DNA from: Sphyrna mokarran
Lineage: Eukaryota
NCBI GenBank assembly: GCA_024679065.1
Contig: JAGIQG010000007.1
Coordinates: forward strand, 29,326,001 to 29,390,000
Length of the DNA: 64,000 nucleotides
Direction of reading: 5' to 3'
The notes beneath the pieces were generated by a model, which had not been told where the DNA came from, searched no databases, and saw only the letters and a list, made by a program, of their open reading frames with translations. This document shows positions 11,242 through 25,224 of the stretch, one piece after another. How positions within the stretch are numbered: position 1 is the stretch's first letter; each line of letters starts with the position of its first letter. Position numbers and translations under genes: made by a program.

Positions 11242-12532
11242 TCAGGCATGAGTAAGAAGACAGGCCTTCATCAATAACTGTTAACATTTCAGTCAATGAC
11301 CTTTCATTTCAATCAGTGGATCATAGTTTACAAGTGAAGATGAGCAGAGGATGGTATGAGGCACACCTCTGGAGAGTTTGCGTTGGAGGTCACAGACTCT
11401 TCCAAGCTCTTATCAGACAGGCTGAACTTAAGCGGCCTATGAAGCAGCTGACTGAGGGCCAGCAGCATAGTGCACGTTATTGGCAGCCATGTCATACACT
11501 TTGCACAATATCAGAGAATGGAAGAGTCACAAACCATTGAAAGGATGTTATCCATTCATAAAGTAACTATTCTCTGGATTTTGAATCACAGCACAGTGAT
11601 TAGTCTCCATATGCCCTGATGACAGTCATGCAAACGACAGATGACATTTCTCCTGTTGTAAACAGGATGATAGCTATATTAACCATAGCCACCAATCTTG
11701 TCAAAGCTTCACTACTGCAAAAGGTAGCACTGATGTGCTTGGTCCAGAAGGACAATGTTAAGGAGGGAAATGGAAGTGGAAAGTGTTTTTACAACTCATC
11801 CACAGTTCCTCTGCCTATTTCCCATCAGTACCAATATGGTGTCTATTCATGAATAAGTGCAGGTGCAGTCTTTGATGGGCCTTCAGACTCCAATGCTAAA
11901 GATTGGCTGCAAAGGAAGAATCAGAGCAATTAGCTACTGCTCCTGAGGTTGCATTACATAAGAGCACAAAGAGAGGTTCTGTAGTTCAGTGAGGTTATGC
12001 AAGTGTGTTTACTTCTGTTAATAAATGAGGAAAAATTAAACTATTTAACACATACATCAACATGGTTATCTGCTGCTTGATAATGAATACAAAGACAAGA
12101 TTGGTACATGCGCAACTGATAAGTGGATAGCTGCAATAAGTGACTAATTGAGGCTTTGCTACTCAGGACATCCAAAGTGTGCGCTCTGGTGTTAGAAGCC
12201 CTATCTTCAATTTCTTCTTCCTTCATTCCAACGCAGTCCTTATCAGATGTAGTTCTAAGCAGCCTGTTCTTCCAGCACATTTACTTTTACTAACTAGTAC
12301 TGATCAGTCCATACACCTGAACTGCATTTTATGCATCGATGATTTGCTTGTGATAAAATTTGGTTGTCATATGACTCATAGTGCAGCATCTTTACAGATC
12401 ACTGGTGGGGTTCCTCAGAGATATCATTAGCCAGCTTTGAAGTGGGTTTTCTTTATTACCTAGTAGCAATTCTTTTAAGGTTAATACCAAGTAACAACAG
12501 GTCGGGAAAGTTGCTGCGCTCTAAAAATGAAG

Positions 12533-12745
12533 CTAGACCAAGAAAGATTGGCAGATTTCCTTTCCTAAAGACCTTAGTGAACCAGATACGTTTTTACAAC
12601 AATTGACATCGGTTTCACGATCATTAGACTTCAAATTTAATGGAACGGAAATTTCATTTCTGGGATTTGACCCTGTATTCTTAGATCTTGCCTTGAACCT
12701 TTGGATGAGTAGTATAATGACAATACCACTATAACACACCACCTG
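12533..12745 (-). mobile_element. Shark tRNA-SINE 5' half
   Basis: Antisense of the head and middle of 32608-32800 (ggcagatttcctttcctaaag...tagtgaaccaga...caataccacta). Confidence 0.6.
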
Positions 12746-12919
12746 TTGATGCTGACTGCTTCAGGGGAGACAGATACCCTGCCATGTGTTTCTCCTATTC
12801 TTCAAACTTTCTCCAAACACACCTTTTGTCTCTTCATTTATCCTATTTATGCCCTGCACTATCATTTAACCTTTATTGCCATCTACCTTATCACAGATCT
12901 TCCCCTTTCCTGCACATGG

Positions 12920-14430
12920 AAACATAGAAGAAAGGAGCAGGAGGAGGCCATTTGGCCCTTCAAGCCTGCTCTGCCATCCATTACAATCATACTGATCATG
13001 CAATTCAAAAGCATAATCCTGATTTTCCCCATAAACCTTGATCCCATTTGCCCTAAATGCTATATCTAGCCACCTCTTGAATACATTCAATGTTTTAGTG
13101 TCTACTACTTCCTTTTAAATGAATTGCACAGGCTCATCATTCTGAGAAGAGCTGCCTTCTCACCTCCAAGCTAAATGGTCTACCCTGAATCCTCTGATTA
13201 TGACCCTAGTTCTCGACTCCCCCACCATATGGGAATATCCTTTCTGCACCTACACTATGTAGTGCTGTGTAAGTCTCTATGAGGTCTCCCCTTGCCCCCA
13301 AATTCATCTGAACTCTAGTGAAAACAATCCTAACCCTGTCAATCTTTCTTCATGCATCAATCCTGCCATCTCCAGAATCAGACTGGTAAATCCTTGCTCA
13401 CACCCTTGAGAGTAAAAATATCCTTTCTTAGAAAAGACAACCAAAACTGTGTGCAATATTCTAGGTGTTGTCTCACCAAAGCCCTGTATTCCTCCTGCAC
13501 TCCCTCCTCCTGTACTCTTGCAATGAAGGCCCAGCATGTCATTTGCCTTCTTCACTGTCTACTACACCTGCAAGTTTACCTTCAGTGACTGGTGCACAAG
13601 GATACCCAGATCTCACTGCACACTCCCCCTCTCCCAAATTACAGCAATTCAAGTAGTATTCTGCCTTCTTGTTTCTGCTTCCAAAGTGAATGACATCACA
13701 TTTGTCCAAATTATACTGCACCTGCTATTAATTTGCCACTCAACCAACTTGTTCGGATCATTCTGAAGGATCTCTGCATCCTTGTCACGGTTCACCCTCC
13801 CACCCAACTTGGTATCATCTGCAAACTTTAACATGTTACATTTTGTTCCCTCATTCAAATCGTTAATATATATTGTGAATAGTTAGGGTCCCAGCACTGA
13901 TCTCTGTAGTACCCCTTCAATTACTGCTGGCCAATTTGAAAAGCACCATTAATTCCTACTCTTTGCTTCCTCTCTGCCAACCAGTTTTCTATCCGTCTCA
14001 ATACACTTCCCCCAATCCTATGCACTTTAAACGTGCACGATTATTCCTTGCAGGACTTTGTCAAATGCTTTTTGAAAGTCCAAATATACCACATTGACTG
14101 GTTTTCCCTTGCCAACTCTACTAGTTGCATCTTTAAGGAATTCCAACAGATTTGTCAAGCATGATTTCTCCTTCAGAAATCCATGCTGATTCTATCTGTT
14201 CCTGCCAGTTTTCTAAATGCTCTGCAGTAAAGTCCTTGATAATGGACTTGAGAATTTCTCCCACTACTGATGTTAAGCTTACTGGTCTGTAATTCCCTGT
14301 TTTCTCTACCTCTTTTTTGAATATTGGAGTGACATTAGCTATCCTCTAATCTGTAGGGACTGTTCCAATCTATAGAATCCTGGAAGATGACCACTAATGT
14401 ATCCATTACTTATAGAGCCACTTCCTTAAC
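12920..14430 (-). mobile_element. CR1 LINE ORF2 3' half, decayed
   Basis: Peptides LKFADDTKLGG, KCDVIHFG and EERLTGLGLFSLEFR. Confidence 0.9.
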
Positions 14431-16020
14431 TGCCTCTGTACTTGCTTATTTTTTTCCATTATTAAGTAACTGACGTGAAATATTAACTTTGTTTCTCTTC
14501 CAAACAAAATATCAAATTTCTAAGCATTCCCAGCATTTTGGTTTTAACTTCCAGCTTCCATTTTGTTTTTATCCTTGCACCACGTTCATGCTAATGTCCT
14601 GTCTGAACACCTCCAAGCTGTACAAAAGTGTCCCCCAACAAGCTCTCACCAAACTGTTTCCCAGAGAAAACTGCTAAGCGAACAGAGATTTCATTCACGA
14701 GGACCCCTGACTTCAACCATCCCTCTAAAATGCCACTCCATTATGTTGACATTTCACTAATAAGTTTCCAGAACGTGGAGAAACACAATCAAGAGAAATT
14801 AATTTCAAATCACACAATTACTGCCAAAAATAACAAAAGAGAAGCTTAATTTAAATATTACAATTATGTCCAAGCTTCCCCAAAGTGAGCAACTCATTGT
14901 TTGATATTCACCACTCTTAAAACAGAAACATGTGTGCATGTGACAGTCTAGGATAAGATTTCATAAACTTCAAGTGAGACTTGAACTGAAAAGTTATGAC
15001 CCAAAAGAAAAAGAGAGCTACAACTGAGCCACAGCTGACATGAGGGTACATGTAGTTCTCCCACATTGCCACCATTAGTCTGAGGCTCCTCATTTTTAAA
15101 AGCCTGTATCAGTACCAATTAATCTGTATCTCCAAGGTAGATCCCAAAGCCATCAAGGAATCAAAACTGCATATTAACTGGCTAATTCCCTTTGAGAGAG
15201 TCTGCAGACTTCACATTGCATTATGTGGACTGCAGATTGCTAATACCCTGCAAGATGACACAGGCTGAAAGAGGACTACAGCCATGAGGTCTTGCAAAGC
15301 GTCAGACAGCTCTTGAAGTCCTCGTCTCTACTCTACTTATCACAGCAGAGAGAGACAGAACATCATGCTTCAGAGATGTCTTCTGGGTCATCCTTGCACC
15401 TGTACTCTGGTTAGATACTGAAGCAGAGAGGTACACACAACCAAACTGGAGTGCTAAATCTAGAAACTGCAAGGGATAGAGCACAATATTACATATTCAG
15501 GATGATTATCTTCCACTAACATGTCTTTCTTAAGAGACTTGTTGTTGAAAAGGACCTATAATAAAGAGAAAAGAGCAAGAGTTAGGATGGCAAATAGAAG
15601 CTGGACATTTAAACTTCTGTGAATGCAACATGCTGAGGTGAATGAAGAATTATAAATAATATACAAACACTGTACTCAGGTAGCTAACCTTGACTTGCTC
15701 ATAAGAGGTCATTGTTCATCATGACTTCTTGCTCAAGTTCCTTACCCAGGTCCCAATCTTGGTTCTCTCACTAACACTGTGCATGGTCTTCTCTGCGGAA
15801 AGAGACGTTGAGAGTTAGTAAATGGCTGGTGAGAAGGTAAAATGAATAAATGTAGGACTCATGAATATAGTGTATGTGCTAAAAGGTGGAGAAGCAGCAA
15901 AATGGAACATAGATGGGGAGGTATTGAATTTAAAATCAAATGAGTGGATTATATGGAGGCTTGTTGGGAACAGTTAACAGCTATGCATGTATTAGGATAC
16001 ATGACAAGTGAACATGTGAT

Positions 16021-16812
16021 ATATTTGATTTATTATCGTCACATCTTTTAGTATAAAGTGAAAAGCATTAATTCTTGCATGCTGTACAGATAAAACATAC
16101 TATACATAGTGAAAGGAAGAGAATGCAGAATTTAGTGTTACAATCATAGTTACGGTGTAGAGTAAAATCAACTCAATGCGAGATACAAGCTGATTTTGAA
16201 TCAGTTAGTACTTATCCTGAGACTTCTGTATCTTTTTCCCAATGGGAGAAGATGGGAGAGAATATGTCCGGGTGGGCTCCTTGACTATGCTGGCTGCTTT
16301 TCTGAGGCAGCAGAAAGTGTAGACAGTGTCAATGGATGGAAGGTTGGGTCAAGTGATGGATTGGGTATCATTCATGACCCTTTGTAGTTTTTTTGTGAAC
16401 TTGGGCAGAGCAGGGTCCATACCAAATTGTGATACAACCAGAAAGAATGCTTTCCATGGTGCACCTGTAGAAGTTGGTGAGAGTTGTAGCTGACATGTCA
16501 AATTTCCTGTGACCCCCAAGTAAGTTGGTGGGCTTTCTTAACTATAGCTTCTGCATGGAGGGACCAGAACAGGTTGTCTTTGGTATCTAGGTTTCAGGGT
16601 TGAGTGTGGGGCTCGGGAGATGAAGTTAGCTGGGGACTTGTTGTGGCAATAGGCGAATTGTTATGGATCCAGGCAGTCTGGGAGGCAGGAATTAATTTGT
16701 GCCACGACTAACCTTGCAAAGCACTTCATAATGATGGATATCAGAGCCACCGGATGATAGTCATTAAGGCATGCTGCCTAGCCTTTCTTTGGTACCAGGA
16801 TGATGGTCATCT
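16021..16812 (-). mobile_element. Rex1/Babar-type LINE fragment
   Basis: Antisense tail tttgatttatt at ~16025. Minus-strand TIILVPKK and Y.PVAL....MKCF.RLV-like motifs near 16700-16810. Confidence 0.65.
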
Positions 16813-17497
16813 GGTCATATGGAAGGCAAAAGAAGGGGTGGGTGCATTTAGATTGAGAAAGGGCAAGTGCTGCAATGTGCCTTGTCACTTTATACTGAAT
16901 TAGATGATGCAGGGGAGTGGTTTTGAAACTGTCAAGTAAGGATAAAGACAGAAGTGATGTGGAGTGAATTTCAGAGAAGAACAGTTGTACTCACCCTTGT
17001 TGCTCTAGTGAGGCCATTAAATTTTACTTTTACATGACTGCAGTTTCTGAGGTAATGCCACTCGCACTATCCGGGTCAAACACCTCCATCCAAATTTCTG
17101 ATGGTTGTAGGATTCTCTTACAGTTGTTGGAGAACATTATCTTCTCTCCTTGACCTGACTTTCTCATCAGGAACTCAAAGGATGAAAAGTAGAAACAGAC
17201 TCATTTGAGCTCCCATTTCATGCAAAATGAAACAAAATGAAAGAGGAGAATCCAGTTTTAGATAAGCATTGGGTACCTTGCCCAGAACCTGAAAGCACAT
17301 GGGGCAGCAAAAGCACAAACACTGGCAAAGACTACTTGGGCCAAATAGTCCCTTTCTAAAATATAATTTTTAAGTAATATGCTTTATATGTAACAGTTAA
17401 TGCAAAATTCTCATGTAGTAAAATACAAACAATAATTTGTTGCAAAGTTTGAGTCTCACATTAATAAAATTGCATCACACATCAAAGTATTACTCAC

Positions 17498-17556
17498 CAT
17501 ACGATTCATATGTCTCCTGACTGGTTCCATGACCATAATCATAGTAATCAGATGCG
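17498..17556 (-). CDS. KHDRBS3: KHDRBS3-like penultimate exon (59 nt): (S)ASDYYDYGHGTSQETYESY(G)
   Basis: Acceptor ctctcttccacag| and donor |gtgagt. Phases 2 and 1 join in frame with the flanking exons. YYDYGHG is the Sam68/SLM tyrosine-rich motif. Confidence 0.9.
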
Positions 17557-17986
17557 CTGTGGAAGAGAGTTAAGAATCAGACAAGTATTCAGGCAACGCT
17601 AGGTGAGAGCATAGTAATTTTCTTAACATGCACATTGTAACTGATGCTTATGTTTTCCTAAATAGTAGAGGCCAAATAGCTAAACAGAAAAAAATTGGCA
17701 ACATCACTGGGCTTACATTTTTAGTAGAAATCTATCCAGATTTCAATGAGGCTCGAACTGGGGACCTCTACTTACCGCAGGTTAGCATGGTGCCAATCTG
17801 GTAGTTCCAACCTGTGCCAAGCCATTTCCTCTCTTCCATGGGCTATACTTATCTTTATGTACCTGGGGAGACCCCCATGACAGGTTCATATCAGTGTGAA
17901 CTTGCTGTAAACTTGCTGCTTGTTTTGAAGCTATATGGCAAGGTAGTCCAGATATAGTCTTGGGGAGATATTAAAATGCTTCTATT

Positions 17987-18292
17987 TGGGGCAGCATGAT
18001 GGTACAGTGGTTAGCACTGCTGCCTCACAACACCAAGGACTCGGATTCAATTATGTGCTCAGGCCACTGTCTATATGAAGTTTGCACATTCTCCCTATGG
18101 ATTTCCTTCAGGTGCTCTGGTTTCCTCCCACAGGCCAAAGATGTGCAAGTTAGTTGGATTGGCCATGATAAATTATCCCTTAGTGTCAGGTAAATATGTG
18201 GGGTTACAGGGACAGGGCCTGGGTGGGATCATTGCTGGTGCAGGCTCAAAGGGGCAAATGGCCTCTTTCTGCACTCTGGGGACTTTATGATA
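17987..18292 (+). mobile_element. V-SINE (HE1-like) with tRNA head, V-domain and CR1-like tail
   Basis: A-box tggtacagtggttagcac; V-domain gtttgcacattctccc...ggtttcctcccaca.ccaaagatgtgca...ggccatg.taaatt. Confidence 0.8.
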
Positions 18293-20207
18293 AAGCAGGT
18301 TTAGGTGATGAGGGGCGGGGAAGATTCAAAGTTGCATTCTTGTTAGTGAGAATTGCAACTTCCAAATTTTGAGCTCTCACCTGCAACCTCACAAATGGCA
18401 AACACAGGCTCAAGGTTCTGGCCCATCTTTCCCTAATGTATTTTAAAAATATCAAACCAGGAGAAAAACAAATTTGGTGCATTGATCAACATGTTTGATT
18501 CTATTCTATGACTGCACTATTTTTGTTTTTAGCTCATCAGATGAGGTATCAACAACTGGCAAAAAAAACATAACCCAAATTAATTGGGCTTGGGGAAAAA
18601 GAGGTATTCATTCTACCCAGTGTTACATTACATTATAATAAACATAATTGAGCTTTGAATGTCCATAATTAATGTGAAAGTTTAACTTAACCATTTTAAT
18701 CAATACAAATAATCTATTGGTGTGAACTTGATTACTTTGTAACTATATTGGATGGATTTCTTTCCAAACAAACAGTCAGGAAAGATGTTGGCAAAATTCC
18801 TTCATTTTAAAAAACAGAAACAATAAGAAACACCGTGCTGCATATTTGAACAGTTCTGCAAAATAACTCCTGACGTGATTCTCAGACTTCCATAAATTGT
18901 GCTCATTTTGACCTCAAACAGTCTGGTATCCTGCAAAGCTGTAATGCATTTGCCACTGAGAAATTACATTATTCTATTTATTCACTCAATACCTGAAGCA
19001 AATGAAATACACCAAGAAATACTGTCAAATTATCTTTTGTACATGAATACATCAGGAGATGGGGATATAGAGCTCAAAGCTTTCTGGTAACATGGCAACA
19101 AGTGGAGAATACAAAATCATGGAAACAATCAGGTTACCAAAGCCACAGAATATGCTGGATAAACTCAGCATGTTCGGTGTCATCTGTGGAGAAAGCCACG
19201 TAGCTAATTGCAGAACAGCATATGTTGTTTTGAAAACTGGAATATTTGTCTGGCTTTTCAGGTGAGGTGGAAAGGCTCGAGAAAGTTTGGAATCAGAAAA
19301 GTCTGTCTATCCAGTTCATATAGTATCTCTTTGGAGAGAAATCCTTGTGCCTCAACATTAATGGGAGGGCAGGATTGGTGAAGGGCTTAAAGTAGGAAAT
19401 GCTACAGCTGTAAATACTCAACAGGATAGCTAAGCATCTGTGGACAGAAAAGAGTTAACGTTTCAGATAGATGACTGTCATCTTAAATTCTGAACCATTG
19501 GCCTAGGTCTCCAGATGATTTTACCCGAGACGATGCCCTGGGAGATCTGTTAGAAGTCCCAACACAAGGACTTCACAGGATTAGTCCAGGAAGTTTGAAC
19601 TATCAAGTGACAACCCCAGTCTGTCCCAAGCCCTCTGAAAAAGTCTCCAAATTGGAGATTCTGGAGTGTTCTGACTCACTAACCAGAATCGTTATCTAGG
19701 AAATATTGGGCAGGACAATTCCTTATGTAACTCCTGGCTATCTATACATCTGGGTATGGCAATCCAATGGTGATTGTCATTCCTCAGAAAGAGTTAAATC
19801 CCTTTCCTGGCTTGCTGAGCATTGCATCATTTTCTGCTTTTATTTCAGACATGCAGTTTCCACAGTATTTTACTTTTACAAAGGTGAGAAGTCACGTGTG
19901 GGCAAGAGGATCCTGCCAAAACTGAACAGCAGGTATAAAAAACACCTTGCTAACTACTGCCCAACAGCTAAACAGCCACTGACTATTTATCAAATGAGAG
20001 AAAAGAATAAAATTTCAGCACATCAGGGCACTAACAGGAAATCTGTGGGAACAGTGTGTGGAAGGAGAGTTTTGCAGGAAAACAGTAATTCCAGTAGCCA
20101 GTGGCTAAAACATAGACCATCAACTTTCTTCACGTCAACGTGATTTTGAAGTTTTGTATTTGCGAGCTGCACTCAGGAAAATCTAATACGAAGTTCTAGC
20201 AGCCAGT

Positions 20208-21316
20208 TAGAACGTAGAACATTACAGCGCAGTACAGGCCCTTCAGCCCTCAATATTGAGTCGACCAAGGGAACTAATCTAATGACCCAGGAACGTAAAC
20301 TATTCCAATATTATCCATATGCCTATCTGACTACCATTTGAATGCCCTTATAGTTAGCAAGTCCACAACTGCTGCAGGTAGGGCATTCCACGCCCTTACT
20401 ACTCTCTGAGTAAAGAGCCTGCCCCTGACATTCGTCCTATAATTATCAACCCTCAATTTAAAGCTATGTCTCCTTGTATTAGCCATCACCATCTAAGGAA
20501 AAAGGCTCTCACTGTCCACCTTATCTAATTCTCTGATTATCCTGTATGCCTCAATTAGGTCACCTCTTAAGCTTCTTCTCTCTAATGAAAACAACTTCAA
20601 GTCCCTCAGCCTTTCCTCATAAGACCTTCCCAACATATCAGGCAACATCCTGGTAAACCTCCTCTGCAGCTTTTCCAATACTTTCACATCTTTCGTATAA
20701 TGTGGCGACCAGGACTGTATGCAATACTCCAAATGCGGACACACCAGAGTTTTGTACAGTTGCAACATGATCTCATGGCTCTGAAATTCAATCCCTCTAC
20801 CAATAAAAGCTAACACACCGTACGCCTTCTTAACAACCTTATCAACCTGGGTGCAAACTTTCAGGGATCTATGTACACGTACACCGAGATCTCTCTGCTC
20901 ATCGACACTACCAAGAGTCCTTCCAGTAGCCCTATATTTGTAATTCTGTTACTCTTTCCAAAGTGAATCATTTCACACTTTTCCGCATTAAACTCCATTT
21001 GCCACCTCTCAGCCAGCTCTGCAGCTTATCCATGTCCCTCTGCAAACTGTAACAGCCATCCGCACTGTCTACAACTCCTCCGACTTTGGTATCATCTGCA
21101 AATTTACTAACCCACCCTTCTAAACCCTCATCTAGGTCATTTTTATAAATGACAAACAGCAGTGGCCCCAAAACAAATCCCTGCGGTACACCACTAGTAA
21201 CTGAATTCCAAGCTGAATATTTCCCATCAACCGCCACCCTCTGTCTTCTATCAGCTAGCCAATTCCTGATCCAAACTGCTAAATCACCCTCAATCTCATG
21301 CATCCATATTCTTTGC
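20208..21316 (-). mobile_element. 5'-truncated CR1 LINE
   Basis: ORFs 20493-20816 and 20968-21402 (SGVPQG.VLGPLLF, SKFADDTKVGG, HLEYC.Q.WSP); tagaac tail at the left end. Confidence 0.93.
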
Positions 21317-22739
21317 TGGTTGTTGATGACAACCAGCAAAGAAATATTTCTTAAAATATATTTATGGAATTTACAATCAGGAAGAATAGGAGTGGTTCCC
21401 AAATATGGGTTCCAGTTTGCTGATGGCTGTTTCCACTCCCTCCCCTGCGAAAACTTTCCTTTCCAATCTCAATTGTTGCAGATACCTCTCCCGCATCTAT
21501 CTTGTCCCAAACTGCTTCAACAACCTGTCCGGATTACTTTTACATTCCTGTCTTCTAAGTCACCAATCCTCTACACCTTTGTGTTTAAGGGTCACTGCAA
21601 TGCCAACCTGCAGCAGCTCGCCCTTCAAACTGTGCTTCACTTGAAAGATGCACATTGCTGAGCAATTCAATGTAAATGTCACCCAAGGTGTGATAGTCAG
21701 GTGCAAAGAGATACTTCCCGTGTCTCACATCTACCAAAATGGATTTGTGCCAGAAGTTGTCAACAAAATCCTGATGCATTCCATATATTTGATATAAGGA
21801 CACGTATAAAATGGATTAGCTCAGACATGAAGAAAACTTCTGAGGTCCGCAATTCCTCATCAGTGGAAATTCTATATAGAATGTAAGTGTCCGGTTAATG
21901 TGTTCAGGTTCTGATGAAATTCCAGATTTCATTATGAACTGGTAACACTCCTACGCATCTCACATGGGAAAAAAAAATCAAGAACTCACAAGTTATCCAT
22001 TATTCAATAACGCATTATATTGTAAAGCTGGGATGTTCAAGATTACCTAAAGGAGACTGGAGACAAAGTCTTTCAATCACTAGCTATCCGAATTCCCTGG
22101 TACACTATAAGCAACTTTATTATTAAAATTTGGTCACTCTTTCTGCAGCTGTTTGGGTTGTTAACATGTTTTGCTTGCCCTTAGCAGCTGTCAAAACCAC
22201 CAACAAGCTTAAACAGTAATGTAGAATTCTTCACTGTTACTGACACAAGGTGACTGGCTGACAGCTTGTCATGCATTTAAGCCTCTGGTGAGGTTATCAA
22301 TGGAGTCCAGCCTGTCTTCGGTACAGCTCAAATATATGGTATTCAGCCAGATTTTCAACTCAGAACAAATAATATTTTAAAACGAAGACACTAATTCAAA
22401 AAAAAAAGTGGATGCTAATTTTTTTTTAAACGCTAGCCATTGTACCATATACAATTTGCATATAAATACAATGACCTACCATCTTATGATTTATGTAAAT
22501 GTAAGGAAATAATTATAATTTTACATTCAAACAGTGAGCCAAATTGTTCTGTAGTGTGATATATCACTGTGCTGTTTCGTTCAAGTCGTAAATGGCATTT
22601 GGAATTTCCATGTGGACTTGTTCCACATTTTCTTTTGGATGACCACAGTTGCATATTAGGGTATTCATAATTTCTCATTTGTTCATCAAATATCTATATC
22701 TGTCATAATCTGGGAGAATGCAATTTAGAACATGAGATA

Positions 22740-23560
22740 ACACAGGCAGCCAGGCAGTTTGGGTCTGCTTGATGGTTCCAGTGATAAGCCACTGTGAAAC
22801 ATGCCATTAGACACTACCAAGTATAATAACTTCTGGTCCATCCTGCTGCATAGTAATTGGCTCCAGACTATACAAAAGGTATTTCTGATGTATAAAGCAC
22901 TCATGCTGATGTTGGCTAGTTCCTAGACCATACTGTCCTTGTCTCTGACATGGCAACTATTCTTCAGATAACTGTGCAAGGTGAGTGTGTTCCAGATACA
23001 GTCAAGATAAGTCAGAGTGTGGTTAATGTGGTACAGTCCTGCTGCAAAGGTCACTTTCAAGGTATACTTAGCATTCCTATAAGGTGGAATGCAGTGACTG
23101 TTGTTTTATGGTGTTTGGTCTCAGTTTCCTGTATGGTGTTTAGGTCCCTGTTTAAGATTAACTTGGTATTATTGGAAGGTTGCTGCCTGCATTGCCAGGG
23201 GAATGTCATTTAGAAATGCAAATCTGCACAACTTCAATTCATGACTTTTCGCTTGCACAGACACACTTAACATATTGATGAGGGTATGAACTTCGTTGCA
23301 GAGTGCTGTTGAGGAACCTGAGCAAGTTGACTTGATCACCTAAATGAACATGTGATCCAAAGCAAGAATAGAATTTTGAAGAAGGGATGATCTTTGTGAA
23401 CTTCAGAATCAGTCTTTGAAACTGACTGTATCATATGTTGATGATAGGTCTACAAAAGCTGCAGTGATCTTGGATTTCCTTTGGAATCCTGCCTGGATGT
23501 ACACTGCAGGAGACAAACCTGGTTGCAGCAATTGTGATTAGGCTGGAATTTCACTTGTTC
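22740..23560 (-). mobile_element. Highly decayed non-LTR RT fragment, Ingi/Vingi-like
   Basis: Minus-strand remnants LNRDL...KTTVTAFHL...VWSRN...GANYYAAGW recall the Ingi/Vingi SKT..SAFHL / AEYCAPVW pattern; many stops. Confidence 0.45.
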
Positions 23561-25224
23561 TTTAGAAATCAATGAATTACAGGGTCAATTCTCTGAAAGA
23601 AAACATGCTCCAGCGGTTTGTAAGTCACACGCAGGATTGATACCCGATCTATAGTTTCCCAGTTGAAAGTCATAAATCAGAAAGTAATAACATAACAGAT
23701 CAGAAATTGCTTAAACATTGGACCAGGGCGAAAATTCATAGAGGCAACCTGCAACATTCAACAGTCTCCCCATCTGAATGCATATTCCAGTCTCTGAGTA
23801 ACATTATCAAATCTGGTATCAAATTCTAGCATATGCTGTAAAATCTAGTCATGGTAAATATTAATGTGTTTTCTCTAAATTATGCATGCGTAATGCATTT
23901 ATAGGGGAAAAATATCAGAAAATGGTAAAATTCACTGTTTGCAGACATGGATGGAACACAGACAAAAACTTGTATCAAAAGGAAAATGATATTGAACTTT
24001 TACATGAAAGTTGCATTTAGTAGTTTTGATAGATTTTTATAAGAGAGAAGTTTGAAGTGACAATAACTATCATTCAGTTCAGTATCTAATTTATTGGAGA
24101 TATATCATAAAGCCTGGAGGCCTGTTGCAGCTGAGCCCATTCCAATTTCTGTCAATCTTGTCCGTAATGTTTTCCAACATTTCATTTATATGTCTGTGGT
24201 GTCTAATAAAAAACAAAAAGATCAAAGAAAAAACTCCTGTCTCACTACTGGCTGCCAAACAAACAATAATTGGACTTCTTAAAAACTAACAAAATGAAAA
24301 TAAAAGCTTTTCTGAATTTTACTCTGCCACTGAAAAACAGTCACTTATTTTAAGCTTCTACAATTTTTTTTCCCATAACGTAATCATCCTTGTCAGGTAA
24401 ATATTTCATGGAAGGTCCTAATTTTAAAACCGATGTTATATTTTTGACTAGATTTAGTTACATGAACATACTTAAAATCATTTAAATAAATAACAATTTA
24501 TTGTCTCAATCTATGAATGATTGACATCAATATCCCTCCTCAAAAGAATAGTGCTCAACTATTTTATCTTAAAAAGAATTTTACACTATTCTCTTTCTTT
24601 CCCATAATCAATAAAACTTGTTGAATTTGGAGCAAAGGTCAACTTTAAAACATTATTTTCAAGAAGCAAGTTTCTGCTTCAGCTATATAATGCTTTCTAT
24701 ACAAATAAGTGATTTAGATTAAACTTAGAAACTGTTCATATTTAACTTTTACAATAATACTTCAGATCTGGATGGATTTGGAACTAATTTTTTGGAATGT
24801 GGTGGAACTGCATGTTCATATTTAATCCATCTAACCTGCCTTCCAGTGAGAGATCTCAGTACATGAAATAACCCTGTAGCCAGCAGACACCTACTCAGTA
24901 ATGCTTCATCCAATGAATCCAACTAATTTTCTTAAATTCCCTGGAGTAGAGCTCTGTGTTTTGTGCAAATTGAGCACACAATAAAAGCGCTAATGAGATG
25001 CTGGCTTTGGAACCATCTGTTGAAATAATAGATGTTGAGGATTTCCAGGATCTTTCATTTTTATTTGCGAGAAAGGAGCGTGGCAAATTCAAGCACTCTT
25101 CATTTGGCTAAGCATTCTACTTATTGTCCCCATTTCATCCAGCTTTCCTGCAGTCCCAGAATTTATCCTGCTGCCTTGACTGCAGTACAGCAAAATCAAA
25201 ATAAAAAAAAACTCAATTTTGGAT

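Noticed and set aside
17987-18060. tRNA-like A/B boxes (also 32608, 37508, 53048)
   Set aside because: These are SINE heads continuing into SINE bodies; no cloverleaf.
19706-20143. 145-aa plus-strand ORF
   Set aside because: Non-ATG start, overlaps a decayed PLE-like terminus, and shows no protein motif.
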